Position numbers and translations under genes: made by a program. DNA of 64,000 bases, taken from the NCBI GenBank assembly GCA_050952385.1, contig JBMNKV010000001.1, positions 1,378,877 through 1,442,876 on the forward strand. Direction: 5' to 3'. The DNA comes from Desulfobulbus sp. (GTDB lineage Bacteria; Desulfobacterota; Desulfobulbia; Desulfobulbales; Desulfobulbaceae). Under the pieces are notes generated by a model, which had not been told where the DNA came from, did no database searches, and worked only from the letters and a program-made list of their open reading frames with translations. Below are positions 1 to 9,487 of this stretch, piece after piece (the first letter of the stretch is position 1; every line of letters starts with the position of its first letter).

Positions 1-3000
1 CTGGTCGGAACCGCATTTTATCAGTTCATGGACTTGGGCAACACCATGCGGAACATGGCGGTGCGCGATTCCACCGCAGCCCTCAACGACAGTGCGATCG
101 CCAATATCGAACAGCTCTCGACCAACACCGCCAACCGGGTGGCAGCGTTTCTCTATGCCCGGGACGCCGATATCCGCGCCCTGGCCGCCCTGCCGATGAC
201 CAGGGCAACCTTTGCCGGCTTTGCCGAACACAAAACCGGACGGATCGTGCAAAAAGGCACCTGGCGTCTGAGCGAAGATCAGACAAAATGGATCTGCGTC
301 GATGCCGCAGAGCAGCAGAAGCGAACCAACGTCTCCACCAACAGCGAAAACGACGACATGGACGGCTTCCACTATCGTCCGCCGGAAGCCTTCGCCTACC
401 ACGACATTCCGCTCTACGACGAGATCACCTTCATCGACCCGAGCGGGATGGAGCGGGTCAAATACGTCAGCCCCAACTCGACCAAAATCCATTATCCGCT
501 GAGCCGCGAGCACCGCAACATCGCGGACAGCGCCAATACCTACGTCAAGGCGGAACGATATTTCGACCAGCTTAAGCAGTTGAAGCCGGGCGATATCTAT
601 GTCTCCGATGTGATCGGCGCCTATGTCGGCGCAAACTACATCGGCATGTATACCCCGGGCAACGTGGCCGCGGCCGCACGGGAACGCGGTTACGAGATCC
701 CCTACCTGCCCGAAACCCAGGCCTATGCCGGTCGTGAAAACCCCAATGGTCAGCGTTTCGAGGGAATCGTCCGCTGGGCCACGCCCGTCACCGGCGAAGA
801 CGGCGAGGTGATCGGCTATGTCTCCTTTGCCCTCAACCATGATCACCTCATGGAGCTGGTCGATCATATCACCCCGATGCAGGAGCGCTACACCCAGCTC
901 CCCAGCGCCTACGAGGGCAACTACGCCTTTATCTGGGACTACCGCTGCCGGAGCATCTGCCACCCGCGCCACAACTCCATTGTCGGCTACGATCCCGCCA
1001 CCGGCGAGCCGCAAATCCCCTGGCTCGAAACCGAAATCTACAAGGGCTGGCAGGCAAGCGGCCTGAAAAAATGGACCGACTACGTCAAGGATTACCCCCT
1101 GTTCCATGAGCAGTCCCGGGCCAAAAAACCCGCACCGGACCTGACCAGGGCCGGGCTGGTCGGGCTGGACGGCCGCTATCTGAATAACGCGCCGCAATGC
1201 ACGGGCTGGATGGATCTGACCAAAGACGGCGGCTCCGGCTCGTTCTATATCCTATGGAGCGGCCTGTACAAGCTCACCACTGCCTCGGCCATTCCGTACT
1301 ACACCGGGCAGTACGCGCCCAGCGAGGAAAACGGATTTTCCCGGCGCGGCTTCGGCTTTGTCGCCATCGGCGCAGGACTCGACGACTTCACCCTGCCCGC
1401 CAAAAAAACCGAGGCCAACCTGCTGGCCACCATCCGGGACGGCCTGACCACCACCCTGACCGGCATGGGCATCACGACCCTGGTCATCATTGCCCTGGTG
1501 ATCGTCGCTGCCATCATAATCGCCTCCTACATGTCCCGCAACATCACCTGGCTCAACAACGGAGTGGCCCGGTTCCGGGCCGGCGAACGGCAGTTTCGCT
1601 TCAACGCGCCCGGTCGGGACGAATTCAGCAGTCTGGCCGACTCCTTCGACGACATGGCGGACAGCATCGACAAGAGTATCGACGGACCTCTTTGTATCAT
1701 CGACCTTGATCACAAGATTATCTACATGAACGAGATCGGTCTCGAGTTCACGAAGTCGGAATCTCTCGAGGCCATTATCGGACTGAAATACGAACATGTC
1801 AGTGTCTATCCGGAAAAATCCATATACTGCCCGATCATGGCACTGGATTCCGGAACCGAGGCTGCGGTCTATTATCTTGAAGACCGGAACATGTACCTGA
1901 AAGGCAGCGCCCAATATCTGTACAATCAGGAGAATGACAGATGCGGATATATCGTCTTCAGCACGGATGTGACGGAGATACAGGAGGCGCGCAACAAGGC
2001 CGAGCAGGCCAATCGGGCGAAAAGCGACTTCCTTTCCAACATGAGCCATGAGATGCGCACGCCGATGAACGCCATCATCGGCATGACCACCATCGGCAAG
2101 AAATCAGACGATATCGAGCGCAAGGATTACTGTCTCCATCGCATAGAGGACGCCTCCACCCATCTTTTGGGCGTTATCAACGATGTGCTCGACATGTCGA
2201 AAATCGAGGCGCAAAAGTTCGACCTGTCGCCGGTTGACTTTCATTTTGAAAAAATGCTGCAACGCGTGGTCAATGTCATCAGTTTCCGCGTCGAAGAGAA
2301 GCACCAGCAATTTCTTGTCCACGTGGATGAACGGATTCCGCGCATGCTCCACGGCGACGATCAACGCATTGCCCAGGTGATCGCCAACCTGCTGTCCAAT
2401 GCGGTCAAGTTTACCGCTGAAGGTGGCCGGATCGAACTCGACACCAGGCTGTTGAACGAACAAGGCAATGACTGTGAACTGCAAATCTCGGTGCGTGACA
2501 CCGGTATCGGCATCACAGCCGAGCAGCAGAGCCGTCTCTTCAGCTCCTTTGAGCAGGCCGACTCGCAGATCACGCGCAAATTCGGCGGTACCGGCCTGGG
2601 GCTCATCATCTCAAAAAACATCGTCGAGATGTTCAACGGCCGGATCTGGATCGATTCGGAACTGGGACAGGGGGCGACCTTTACCTTCACCATCCATGTC
2701 AAACGGGCGGAAACTCCGGAACACAAGGTCACCGGCAAGGTGCCCTGGGGCCAGATCCACGCGCTGCTGGTGAGTGACGCCCCCGATATCCTGCACTCCT
2801 TTACCGCCCTGGCAAAACGGTTCGGTTTTTCCTGCGATCCAGTGACCAGCGGCAAAGAGGCGCTCGAACATGTCCGGCAGGGCCGGGAATACGACATCTG
2901 TTTTCTTGACTGGAACATGCCGGACATGGGCGGCCTCGAGCTGGCGCATCACCTCAACAAGGAGATACCGGAGAAACCGGTCGTCATCATGACAACGGCA

Positions 3001-3540
3001 ACGGAGTGGTCCACCATCGAGCAAGAGGCCAAGGACGCGGGCATCAAGCGATTCCTCCTGAAACCCGTCTTCCCGCTCGATGTGGAAGACTGCATTGCCC
3101 ACTTTTTCAGCGCCGAAGAACCGACTCCCCTGCAACCAACCCCACCGGAACAGCAGTACGACTTCAGCGGCCGCCAGGTTCTCCTGGTCGAGGATCTGGA
3201 GATCAACCGGGAGATCATCCTCACGCTTCTTGAACCGACCAACCTGACCATTCTCTGTGCGGAAAACGGGATCGAGGCGATAGAGCAATTTGCCATGCAC
3301 GCCGACACCATCGACCTGATCCTGATGGATATCCAGATGCCGGAGATGGACGGCCTGACCGCGGCAAAAAATATTCGCGCCCTGTCCTTGCCCACAGCAC
3401 GCAGCGTTCCGATCATCGCCATGACCGCCAACGTGTTCCGGGCGGACATCGACCGATGCCTGCTGGCCGGCATGAACGGCCATATCGGCAAACCCATCGA
3501 TATTCAGGAACTGCTGAAGCAACTGCATTCCTACCTGTGA
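1..3540 (+). CDS. Hybrid sensor histidine kinase/response regulator (large extracytoplasmic Cache-like region, TM, HAMP, PAS, HisKA, HATPase, two receiver domains); 5' end runs off the window
   Basis: ORF 28..3540 stays open in frame back to nt 1. H-box [19 protein letters not shown] and G2 box GTGLGLIISK are present. The TM segment ITTLVIIALVIVAAIIIASYM precedes a HAMP-like stretch. Two receiver signatures are present (FLDWNMPDMGG; LMDIQMPEMDG...IIAMTAN). Confidence 0.9.
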   Translation: MVGTAFYQFMDLGNTMRNMAVRDSTAALNDSAIANIEQLSTNTANRVAAFLYARDADIRALAALPMTRATFAGFAEHKTGRIVQKGTWRLSEDQTKWICVDAAEQQKRTNVSTNSENDDMDGFHYRPPEAFAYHDIPLYDEITFIDPSGMERVKYVSPNSTKIHYPLSREHRNIADSANTYVKAERYFDQLKQLKPGDIYVSDVIGAYVGANYIGMYTPGNVAAAARERGYEIPYLPETQAYAGRENPNGQRFEGIVRWATPVTGEDGEVIGYVSFALNHDHLMELVDHITPMQERYTQLPSAYEGNYAFIWDYRCRSICHPRHNSIVGYDPATGEPQIPWLETEIYKGWQASGLKKWTDYVKDYPLFHEQSRAKKPAPDLTRAGLVGLDGRYLNNAPQCTGWMDLTKDGGSGSFYILWSGLYKLTTASAIPYYTGQYAPSEENGFSRRGFGFVAIGAGLDDFTLPAKKTEANLLATIRDGLTTTLTGMGITTLVIIALVIVAAIIIASYMSRNITWLNNGVARFRAGERQFRFNAPGRDEFSSLADSFDDMADSIDKSIDGPLCIIDLDHKIIYMNEIGLEFTKSESLEAIIGLKYEHVSVYPEKSIYCPIMALDSGTEAAVYYLEDRNMYLKGSAQYLYNQENDRCGYIVFSTDVTEIQEARNKAEQANRAKSDFLSNMSHEMRTPMNAIIGMTTIGKKSDDIERKDYCLHRIEDASTHLLGVINDVLDMSKIEAQKFDLSPVDFHFEKMLQRVVNVISFRVEEKHQQFLVHVDERIPRMLHGDDQRIAQVIANLLSNAVKFTAEGGRIELDTRLLNEQGNDCELQISVRDTGIGITAEQQSRLFSSFEQADSQITRKFGGTGLGLIISKNIVEMFNGRIWIDSELGQGATFTFTIHVKRAETPEHKVTGKVPWGQIHALLVSDAPDILHSFTALAKRFGFSCDPVTSGKEALEHVRQGREYDICFLDWNMPDMGGLELAHHLNKEIPEKPVVIMTTATEWSTIEQEAKDAGIKRFLLKPVFPLDVEDCIAHFFSAEEPTPLQPTPPEQQYDFSGRQVLLVEDLEINREIILTLLEPTNLTILCAENGIEAIEQFAMHADTIDLILMDIQMPEMDGLTAAKNIRALSLPTARSVPIIAMTANVFRADIDRCLLAGMNGHIGKPIDIQELLKQLHSYL

Positions 3541-3582
3541 ACCGGGCAACATCATGCCCATCGCCATGAAGGAGAGAATCCC

Positions 3583-3825
3583 ATGCAACGTCTTTTCAGC
3601 ACCCTGTCCGCAGCAGAACAGCGCCACGAGGTACGCCGTCGCTTCCACTTGCAGGAAGGCGTCGGCTGGCACAGTGGGGAGGGCGTCTTTGTCGGCACAA
3701 CCGAGGAAGATGTAATCGCCGCCCTGATCGATCTGGAGGAGGCGGAAATCAACGCCATAGGCGACTGCATGGGCGGCTGCCCCATGATCCAGCCGAAGCT
3801 GGAGGATTTTGTCAGAAAAGCATGA
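3583..3825 (+). CDS. Hypothetical small protein (80 aa), no recognised family
   Basis: The ATG is preceded by GGAGAG about 6 nt upstream. The composition is acidic and not the Arg/Gly/Pro-rich type of shadow ORFs. No motif was recognised. Confidence 0.45.
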   Translation: MQRLFSTLSAAEQRHEVRRRFHLQEGVGWHSGEGVFVGTTEEDVIAALIDLEEAEINAIGDCMGGCPMIQPKLEDFVRKA

Positions 3826-4153
3826 GGACTACTGCATCACGACAAGCCATGAGCGCCTGCGTACTGTACGGGTCCGATCACAGGGCAACAAAAGGAAAGC
3901 GGTTGACGAGGCGTGAAGGCATGCATACAGTGAACTTTCATAGCTCTGCGGCCCCTGGGACCAGTCCGGGACATGTCCCGTGCAACGAGACGTATTGTGC
4001 GCATCGGTCGCCGTGCTTCCTGATTCAGGAAGGCTGGATACAGAGTGCCGGCCCTCTCCTTGCCGCTGCATCTCGACTGAGGCAATCCATCCGCGTCAAA
4101 GCGGCTCCTCCTTCCTCTTCCGTTCCAACAATTCAACCAAAGGTCTAGGCAGT

Positions 4154-4435
4154 ATGATTGGTGAAGGCGTAAAATTGATGGTTCTGGGCATGGCAGTGGT
4201 GTTTGTTTTTTTGGTGTTCATGGTGCTCGTCATCCAACTGAACAGCATTGTGTTGAGCGGCTTCACCAAGAGGGAGATAGAGCTCGATGAAAAGCGTCTG
4301 GAAGAAAAACGGCTCCGGGCCATGAACCTGAAAAGCAAATCCGGCACAGAAGAGCGTCAGCGCCTGATCGCGGTGATGGCGGCAGCCATTGCCGCGCATC
4401 GGGCCAGGAAGGCAGCAGAACGCCGTACGGCATAA
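4154..4435 (+). CDS. OadG/GcdD/MmdD-family membrane anchor subunit of a Na+-translocating biotin-dependent decarboxylase
   Basis: Internal ATG of ORF 3980..4435. The N-terminus MIGEGVKLMVLGMAVVFVFLVFMVLVIQ is typical of the OadG family. It is followed by a charged tail and sits next to the biotin carrier and beta subunit genes. Confidence 0.8.
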   Translation: MIGEGVKLMVLGMAVVFVFLVFMVLVIQLNSIVLSGFTKREIELDEKRLEEKRLRAMNLKSKSGTEERQRLIAVMAAAIAAHRARKAAERRTA

Positions 4436-4470
4436 ACAGTTCGTTATCCAGTAACAACAGGAGTATGATC

Positions 4471-4836
4471 ATGGGGAAAATTTCCCGCTACAAAGTTCAG
4501 GTTGATGGCATCACCTATCGGGTGAGTGTGGAAGACGAGAGCAGTGAAGTGACCGAGGTGCAACGGGTCTCCCCCGAGACCCCTGAGGCCTCCGATGCGG
4601 AGCAACCGCAGGTCGCCCGGGAACGGATCGAGGTGCGCACGCACCTTCCCGGCAACGTGTTCGATGTGACCTGCCAACCCGGCGACGAGGTGCAGCAGGG
4701 CGACACCCTGATGCTGATAGAAGCAATGAAGATGCAGTCGCCGGTCTACGCACCGACATCCGGAGTGGTGGAGAGCGTGGAAGTCAAGAAGGGGGATGTC
4801 GTCAAGTCCGGTCAACTTTTGGCCTACCTGATCTGA
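4471..4836 (+). CDS. Biotin carboxyl carrier (biotinyl domain) subunit of the decarboxylase
   Basis: Biotinylation motif EAMKMQ lies in a lipoyl/biotinyl fold-like C-terminus. A Pro/Glu-rich linker precedes it. AGGAG lies 7 nt upstream of the ATG at 4471; an alternative ATG is at 4465. Confidence 0.85.
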   Translation: MGKISRYKVQVDGITYRVSVEDESSEVTEVQRVSPETPEASDAEQPQVARERIEVRTHLPGNVFDVTCQPGDEVQQGDTLMLIEAMKMQSPVYAPTSGVVESVEVKKGDVVKSGQLLAYLI

Positions 4837-4857
4837 GTGTCCCCGACGAGGCTTGCA

Positions 4858-6153
4858 ATGAAGAAATCCCTGTTTGCCCTCTTTCTCCTCGTGCCCGTCC
4901 TGACGGCTCTGGGACTGCTCACAGGCGGCATGGCTTTTGCGGGCGTTCCCGCCAACGACTTGACGACCATACCGCCGATGGCCGAAATATTCCGCAGCTG
5001 CATCGACTCCACCGGCCTCATGCACGTGCTCTTTCCGCCCGGCGGCGAGTGGACCGACGGTATCGGCCGCCTGCTCATGATCGGCGTCGGCCTGGTGCTG
5101 ATCTACCTGGCCATTGTCCACGACTTTGAACCGCTCTTGCTGATCCCCATCGGCTTCGGCACGATTCTCACCAACATCCCCCTTGCCGGAATGAACGATC
5201 CGGGCGGCATCCTCCACCATATCTATGCGGTGGGAATCAAGTCCGGGGCCTTTCCGCTCATCATCTTCATGGGGATTGGCGCAATGACCGATTTCGGCCC
5301 CATGCTCGCCAACCCGAAAACCGCCCTTCTGGGCGGGGCCGCCCAGTTCGGCATCTTTTCCACCCTGCTGGGCGCCCTTGCGCTCTCCCATTTTGTGCCC
5401 GGCATCAACTTCGACCTGAGGGAGGCGGCCGCCATCGGCATCATCGGCGGCGCGGACGGGCCCACAGCCATTTTCCTTTCCAGCCAGCTCGCCCCGCACC
5501 TCCTCGGGTCGATCGCGGTGGCGGCCTACTCCTACATGGCGCTGGTCCCCCTCATTCAGCCGCCCATCATGCGGGCGCTGACCACCAAAGCGGAACGCTG
5601 CATCCGCATGGAGCAGATGCGCCAAGTGGGCAAGGCCGAAAAAATCGTCTTTCCCCTGGTGGTGGTGGCCCTTTGCGCCGCCCTCCTGCCTTCGGCCGCG
5701 CCGCTCATCGGCTTTTTCATGTTCGGCAACCTGATGCGGGAATGCGGGGTGGTGAACCGGTTATCCGATACGGCCCAGAACGCCCTGCTCAACATCGTCA
5801 CCATCTTTCTCGGTCTGGGCGTGGGCGCGCAGATGTCGGCCAAACAGTTTCTGTCGGCCGAGACGCTCGGCATCCTTTTCCTGGGGGTCATCGCCTTCGG
5901 TATCGGTACCGCCTCCGGCGTGCTCATGGCCAAGCTCATGAATCTGTTCCCCGGCGCGAAGATCAACCCGCTGATCGGGTCCGCCGGTGTTTCCGCCGTC
6001 CCCATGGCGGCCCGGGTCAGCCACAAGGAAGGCATGGAGGCCGATCCGAGCAACATGCTGCTCATGCACGCCATGGGCCCCAACGTCTCGGGCGTGATCG
6101 GTTCGGCGGTCGCGGCCGGCGTCCTGCTCACCCTCAAGGGGTTCGGAGGATGA
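4858..6153 (+). CDS. Na+-translocating decarboxylase beta subunit (OadB/GcdB/MmdB family)
   Basis: Polytopic membrane protein with the family-typical block [40 protein letters not shown] lies 6 nt before the ATG at 4858. The ORF track starts at a GTG at 4837. Confidence 0.9.
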   Translation: MKKSLFALFLLVPVLTALGLLTGGMAFAGVPANDLTTIPPMAEIFRSCIDSTGLMHVLFPPGGEWTDGIGRLLMIGVGLVLIYLAIVHDFEPLLLIPIGFGTILTNIPLAGMNDPGGILHHIYAVGIKSGAFPLIIFMGIGAMTDFGPMLANPKTALLGGAAQFGIFSTLLGALALSHFVPGINFDLREAAAIGIIGGADGPTAIFLSSQLAPHLLGSIAVAAYSYMALVPLIQPPIMRALTTKAERCIRMEQMRQVGKAEKIVFPLVVVALCAALLPSAAPLIGFFMFGNLMRECGVVNRLSDTAQNALLNIVTIFLGLGVGAQMSAKQFLSAETLGILFLGVIAFGIGTASGVLMAKLMNLFPGAKINPLIGSAGVSAVPMAARVSHKEGMEADPSNMLLMHAMGPNVSGVIGSAVAAGVLLTLKGFGG

Positions 6154-6229
6154 GCAGGGTGTACTGAACGATTCCGGGCCCGGCCTGGCTGGTCCCGGAA
6201 TCATGGATACTCTCGCAAGAAGGAGACCG

Positions 6230-6541
6230 ATGATGATTGTACGTGTAATCATGACCAGACAGATTGCCCGAAGGGGTCGCACCCTGGACACGTCGCTTTT
6301 GCCGATCCTCTCGGAAATGCTCATCGAACTGCGCAGCATGGCCAACCGTCAGCCGGGATATATTTCCGGCGAGACCCTGCGCAACGTCTACTCACCTGAA
6401 GAGTATGTCGTCATCAGTACCTGGCTGTCCTTCGAGGCCTGGGAGAACTGGTTTGCCAATGAGCGACGCGCCGAACTGGAAGGCAAGATCGACGCCATGC
6501 TCGGGTCGCCGACCACCTACAAGATTTACGAGTACTACTGA
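6230..6541 (+). CDS. Antibiotic-biosynthesis-monooxygenase (ABM) domain protein
   Basis: About 100 aa with the ABM-like pattern (MIVRVIMTR...GYISGETLRNV...VVISTWLSFEAWENW). AAGGAG lies upstream of the tandem ATGs at 6230/6233. Confidence 0.7.
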   Translation: MMIVRVIMTRQIARRGRTLDTSLLPILSEMLIELRSMANRQPGYISGETLRNVYSPEEYVVISTWLSFEAWENWFANERRAELEGKIDAMLGSPTTYKIYEYY

Positions 6542-6618
6542 GCCGCCGTTCCCGACGGTCGACAGGCAAGCGAAAAGCAGCCGGCAGCGCAACCCGGACA
6601 GTCGGAGCCCCAAAAAGG

Positions 6619-6646
6619 AAGCCCCGCCGAAGAAGGGGCGGGGCTT
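6619..6646. terminator. GC-rich hairpin downstream of the ABM gene (terminator-like; the T-run is on the opposite strand only)
   Basis: aagccccgcc / ggcggggctt form a 10-bp stem with an 8-nt loop. Confidence 0.45.
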
Positions 6647-6832
6647 GATCAAGGAGAAAAGGAGAAGCGCTCTGTCGCAAGGGAGCGTATCTCTATTGTA
6701 CGCCCGGGGAGGATTCTGTCAAACCCGGGAGAAAAAAAGTGCCGGCCGCGCTTGTCTTTTTCCCGCTCCGCCGTCAACCGCGACAAGGAGGCGGACAGGG
6801 TGAACACGTCCCAAAATCGGCCGGATCACAGA

Positions 6833-6857
6833 AGGCCTGCCTGCACCAGGCTTTTTT
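6833..6857 (+). terminator. Intrinsic-terminator-like hairpin plus T-run about 50 nt upstream of pyrF (possible leader attenuator)
   Basis: aggcctg-cctgcac-caggctt forms a 7-bp stem (one G.U pair), followed by a T-run. Confidence 0.4.
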
Positions 6858-6908
6858 CGTTTGCAGCTCTGCGTCCAATCCATCTCTCACCTTGCACACA
6901 GGCCTCCC

Positions 6909-7640
6909 ATGCACACGCCTCCGCTTGATGAACGCATTATTTTCGCCCTTGATTTCTCCGACCCCGCGACAGCACAACAGTGGGTAAAAAAACTGGACAA
7001 CAAGATCCGGTTTTTCAAGGTCGGTCTCCAGCTGTTTCTTGCCGGATGGTGGCCGGTCATCGAATTCATCGCCAACCGGGGCAACAAGGTCATGGTGGAT
7101 CTCAAGTTTTTCGATATCCCCGAGACCGTTGGCCTGGCCGTGCAGCAACTGCACAACCGGAACGTCACCTTTGCCACCATCCATGGCAACGACCCCATTA
7201 TCCGGGCAGCGGTCCAGCATAAAAAAGATCTGCAACTGCTTGCCGTCACGGTGCTGACCAGTTTTGACCAGTCCGACCTGCACGCCATGGGCCTTGCCGG
7301 CACGGTCGAGGACCTGGTCTTGCTGCGGGCCCGGAAGGCCATCGAACTGGGATGCGACGGCGTGGTCTCCTCGGCGCGGGAGGCCGGTGTCCTGCGTGCC
7401 GATATCCGCCGCAGCTTTCTGGTGGTGACCCCCGGCATCCGTCCCGGCATCAATCAGGACATCATCCGACACGACGACCAGAAACGTATCGCCACCGCCC
7501 GCCAGGCCATCCTCAACGGGGCGGATCATGTGGTCATCGGTCGACCGATCAGCACCGCCGCCGACCCACTCGCCACGGTCGAACTCCTGCAACAGGAAAT
7601 CAGCGCAGCCCTGGCCGAACGCCGCACCCGGCATCCCTAA
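6909..7640 (+). CDS. pyrF: Orotidine 5'-phosphate decarboxylase
   Basis: Family signatures IIFALDF, FFKVG, VMVDLKFFDIPETV, and a C-terminal ...DHVVIGRPI. Confidence 0.9.
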   Translation: MHTPPLDERIIFALDFSDPATAQQWVKKLDNKIRFFKVGLQLFLAGWWPVIEFIANRGNKVMVDLKFFDIPETVGLAVQQLHNRNVTFATIHGNDPIIRAAVQHKKDLQLLAVTVLTSFDQSDLHAMGLAGTVEDLVLLRARKAIELGCDGVVSSAREAGVLRADIRRSFLVVTPGIRPGINQDIIRHDDQKRIATARQAILNGADHVVIGRPISTAADPLATVELLQQEISAALAERRTRHP

Positions 7641-7729
7641 ACGGACCGGCGCGTCATCCGGATACGCCGGCCCGCCTTCTTCATCGGAAATCCGCCCGGA
7701 TAGAAAGAAAACCGGGGCATGTTTTCGTT

Positions 7730-7758
7730 TTGACGAACCCCGCCACCGCTGCTAGCAT
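7730..7758 (+). promoter_or_regulatory. Candidate sigma70-type promoter for the 7874-13375 operon
   Basis: TTGACG - 17 nt - TAGCAT. An 8-bp-stem hairpin (cggtctcc/ggagaccg, 7767..7795) follows, right at the expected transcript 5' end. Confidence 0.4.
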
Positions 7759-7873
7759 ACAGAGAGCGGTCTCCTGAAAACCCTGGTGGAGACCGTCAGC
7801 AAACCCGTCAAGACCCCGGTTCCGGCAATCCCCGCACCCACGATACGAACCGGAAAACACAAAGGAGACATCC

Positions 7874-8245
7874 ATGAACGTCGGAGCCCTCTTCGATTCC
7901 ATCCTGGCAAAATGCGGTGCCCTGGCCGGAAAAATCGGCGCACTGCTGGACAGTACCGGTCTGCCGGAACAGATTCAGCAGGTTGATGCGGCCGGACTCT
8001 TTTCCAACCCCTGGTTCCTGATTCCCTTCATCGGCCTCGTCGGCTATATGCTGTACAAGAAGGCGATCCACGATCTGTTGATCATGGCCATACTCGGCAT
8101 GGTCTGGTATGCCACGGGCACGGATTACATGCAAACCCTGGTGATCGGCGACGAACTGCAACTCAACAAGGTCCTTCCGGTGATTCTGGGCGGCGTCGGC
8201 GCCCTGGCAGCCATCGTCTTCCTGCTGATGGGCCGTTCCGAATGA
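7874..8245 (+). CDS. Small integral membrane protein (about 3 TM segments), unknown family
   Basis: AGGAG lies 6 nt upstream of the ATG. Hydrophobic segments include WFLIPFIGLVGYMLY, LLIMAILGMVWYA and VLPVILGGVGALAAIVFLLM. Confidence 0.6.
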   Translation: MNVGALFDSILAKCGALAGKIGALLDSTGLPEQIQQVDAAGLFSNPWFLIPFIGLVGYMLYKKAIHDLLIMAILGMVWYATGTDYMQTLVIGDELQLNKVLPVILGGVGALAAIVFLLMGRSE

Positions 8246-8257
8246 GCTGATATCGCC

Positions 8258-9382
8258 ATGCTGCCCTTTCCCCCGAAAAATACGAACAAAAGCAGTCCGA
8301 ACGAGAACCCCTCCTTCCGGGATTCGATTTTTATCGTGCTGGAGGAAGAGGACTGTCCGCTTTACAATGTCGACGAGGAGTTCAATATTGCCGGCGGCAT
8401 CCTGACCCTGCCCGAAGGCAAGGAAACCTGCCTGACCCTCACCCGGGAGCTGATCAACCTGGCGACCGGGGAACAGAAGATGGAACACCTGTCTCCCATC
8501 GGCGCGCCCAAGGCCAAGTTCGAGTGCGGCGGCTGCGACAGCGGGGTTCTCCGGTTTGCCCATAAAAAAGACAAAACCTTCAGCACCTTGCAGATGAAGA
8601 TGCTGGCCGACGCCGAACAGCGCGCCCAGTTGCGGGAACTGGACAAGTTCCATCCCGTTCTTCGGCAGATGGAACTGTTCGAGCCGCTTTCCGACAGTAA
8701 TCTCTACGAGCTGTCCCGCCAGCTCGAGGTCAAACATTATCCGGCCAACAAGGTTATCCTCAACCAGGGCGATCCGGGCACGCGCCTGTACATCATCCTC
8801 AGCGGCCGGGTGGCGGTGGTCGGCGCCAATCACAAGGTCCTGGCCGAGATGGGCCCCGGCGACATCTTCGGCGAAATGAGCCTGCTCTCCGGAGAAAGCG
8901 TGGCCACCTCCATCTACTCACGCGATCGTTCCGTTCTCGCCACCTTGTCCAGCAAGAACTTCAAACATATCCTCGCCCGATTCCCGGTCTTGCAGGTGTA
9001 CCTCTACCGCCTGCTGGTGGAACGCTCCCAGGCCAACAGCCTGCGCGCAGGCACCATCAGCTCCGGTATGAGCGGCAGACTGGAAGAGGTCAACCCGGTC
9101 GAGTTGTTTCAAATGCTCAATTCCGGCCAGAAATCGGGAACCATCAGCCTCTCCTTTGACGACGGCAAGGCCCAGGTGATCTTTCATGAAGGTGAAGTGG
9201 TGCGGGCCGGGTATCGCAACCTGGTCGACAAAGACGCCCTGTTCGCCATCCTGGGCCGCGGCAAAGGGGAATTCACCTACACCACCGGCATCAACGAGGA
9301 AGATCAGGCCCGACCGCCGCTCGGCGGCTTCATGGCCCTGGTCATGGAGGGCATGCGCCTGATGGACGAACGCGCCGCCTGA
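8258..9382 (+). CDS. Cyclic-nucleotide-binding domain protein with C-terminal DUF4388 (PatA-N-like) domain and an unassigned roughly 120-aa N-terminal region
   Basis: cNMP-binding pattern (LFEPLSD...VILNQGDPGTRLYIILSGRV...GPGDIFGEMSLLSGE). DUF4388-like pattern (VNPVELFQMLNSGQKSGTISLSFDDGKAQVIFHEGEVVRA...GKGEFTY). The N-terminal region contains a CGGC pair. Confidence 0.8.
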   Translation: MLPFPPKNTNKSSPNENPSFRDSIFIVLEEEDCPLYNVDEEFNIAGGILTLPEGKETCLTLTRELINLATGEQKMEHLSPIGAPKAKFECGGCDSGVLRFAHKKDKTFSTLQMKMLADAEQRAQLRELDKFHPVLRQMELFEPLSDSNLYELSRQLEVKHYPANKVILNQGDPGTRLYIILSGRVAVVGANHKVLAEMGPGDIFGEMSLLSGESVATSIYSRDRSVLATLSSKNFKHILARFPVLQVYLYRLLVERSQANSLRAGTISSGMSGRLEEVNPVELFQMLNSGQKSGTISLSFDDGKAQVIFHEGEVVRAGYRNLVDKDALFAILGRGKGEFTYTTGINEEDQARPPLGGFMALVMEGMRLMDERAA

Positions 9383-9487
9383 GCTCCGCCGCCCTTGTAA
9401 AAAAAACCACCCGGCACAATAAATGCATTAGTCTTACTGTCCCCTGTACGCAGTCATCTGTCTGCCCAAAAAACAACCCGAGGTACC

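Noticed and set aside
4035-4049. A sigma54-like TGGATACAGAGTGCC upstream of the decarboxylase operon
   Set aside because: The GG-to-GC spacing is one nt short (N9) and the -24 element deviates (TGGATA).
6650-6832. A possible small RNA gene between the ABM gene hairpin and the pre-pyrF terminator
   Set aside because: I could not identify a convincing promoter or conserved structure by eye. Only the terminator-like hairpin is reported.
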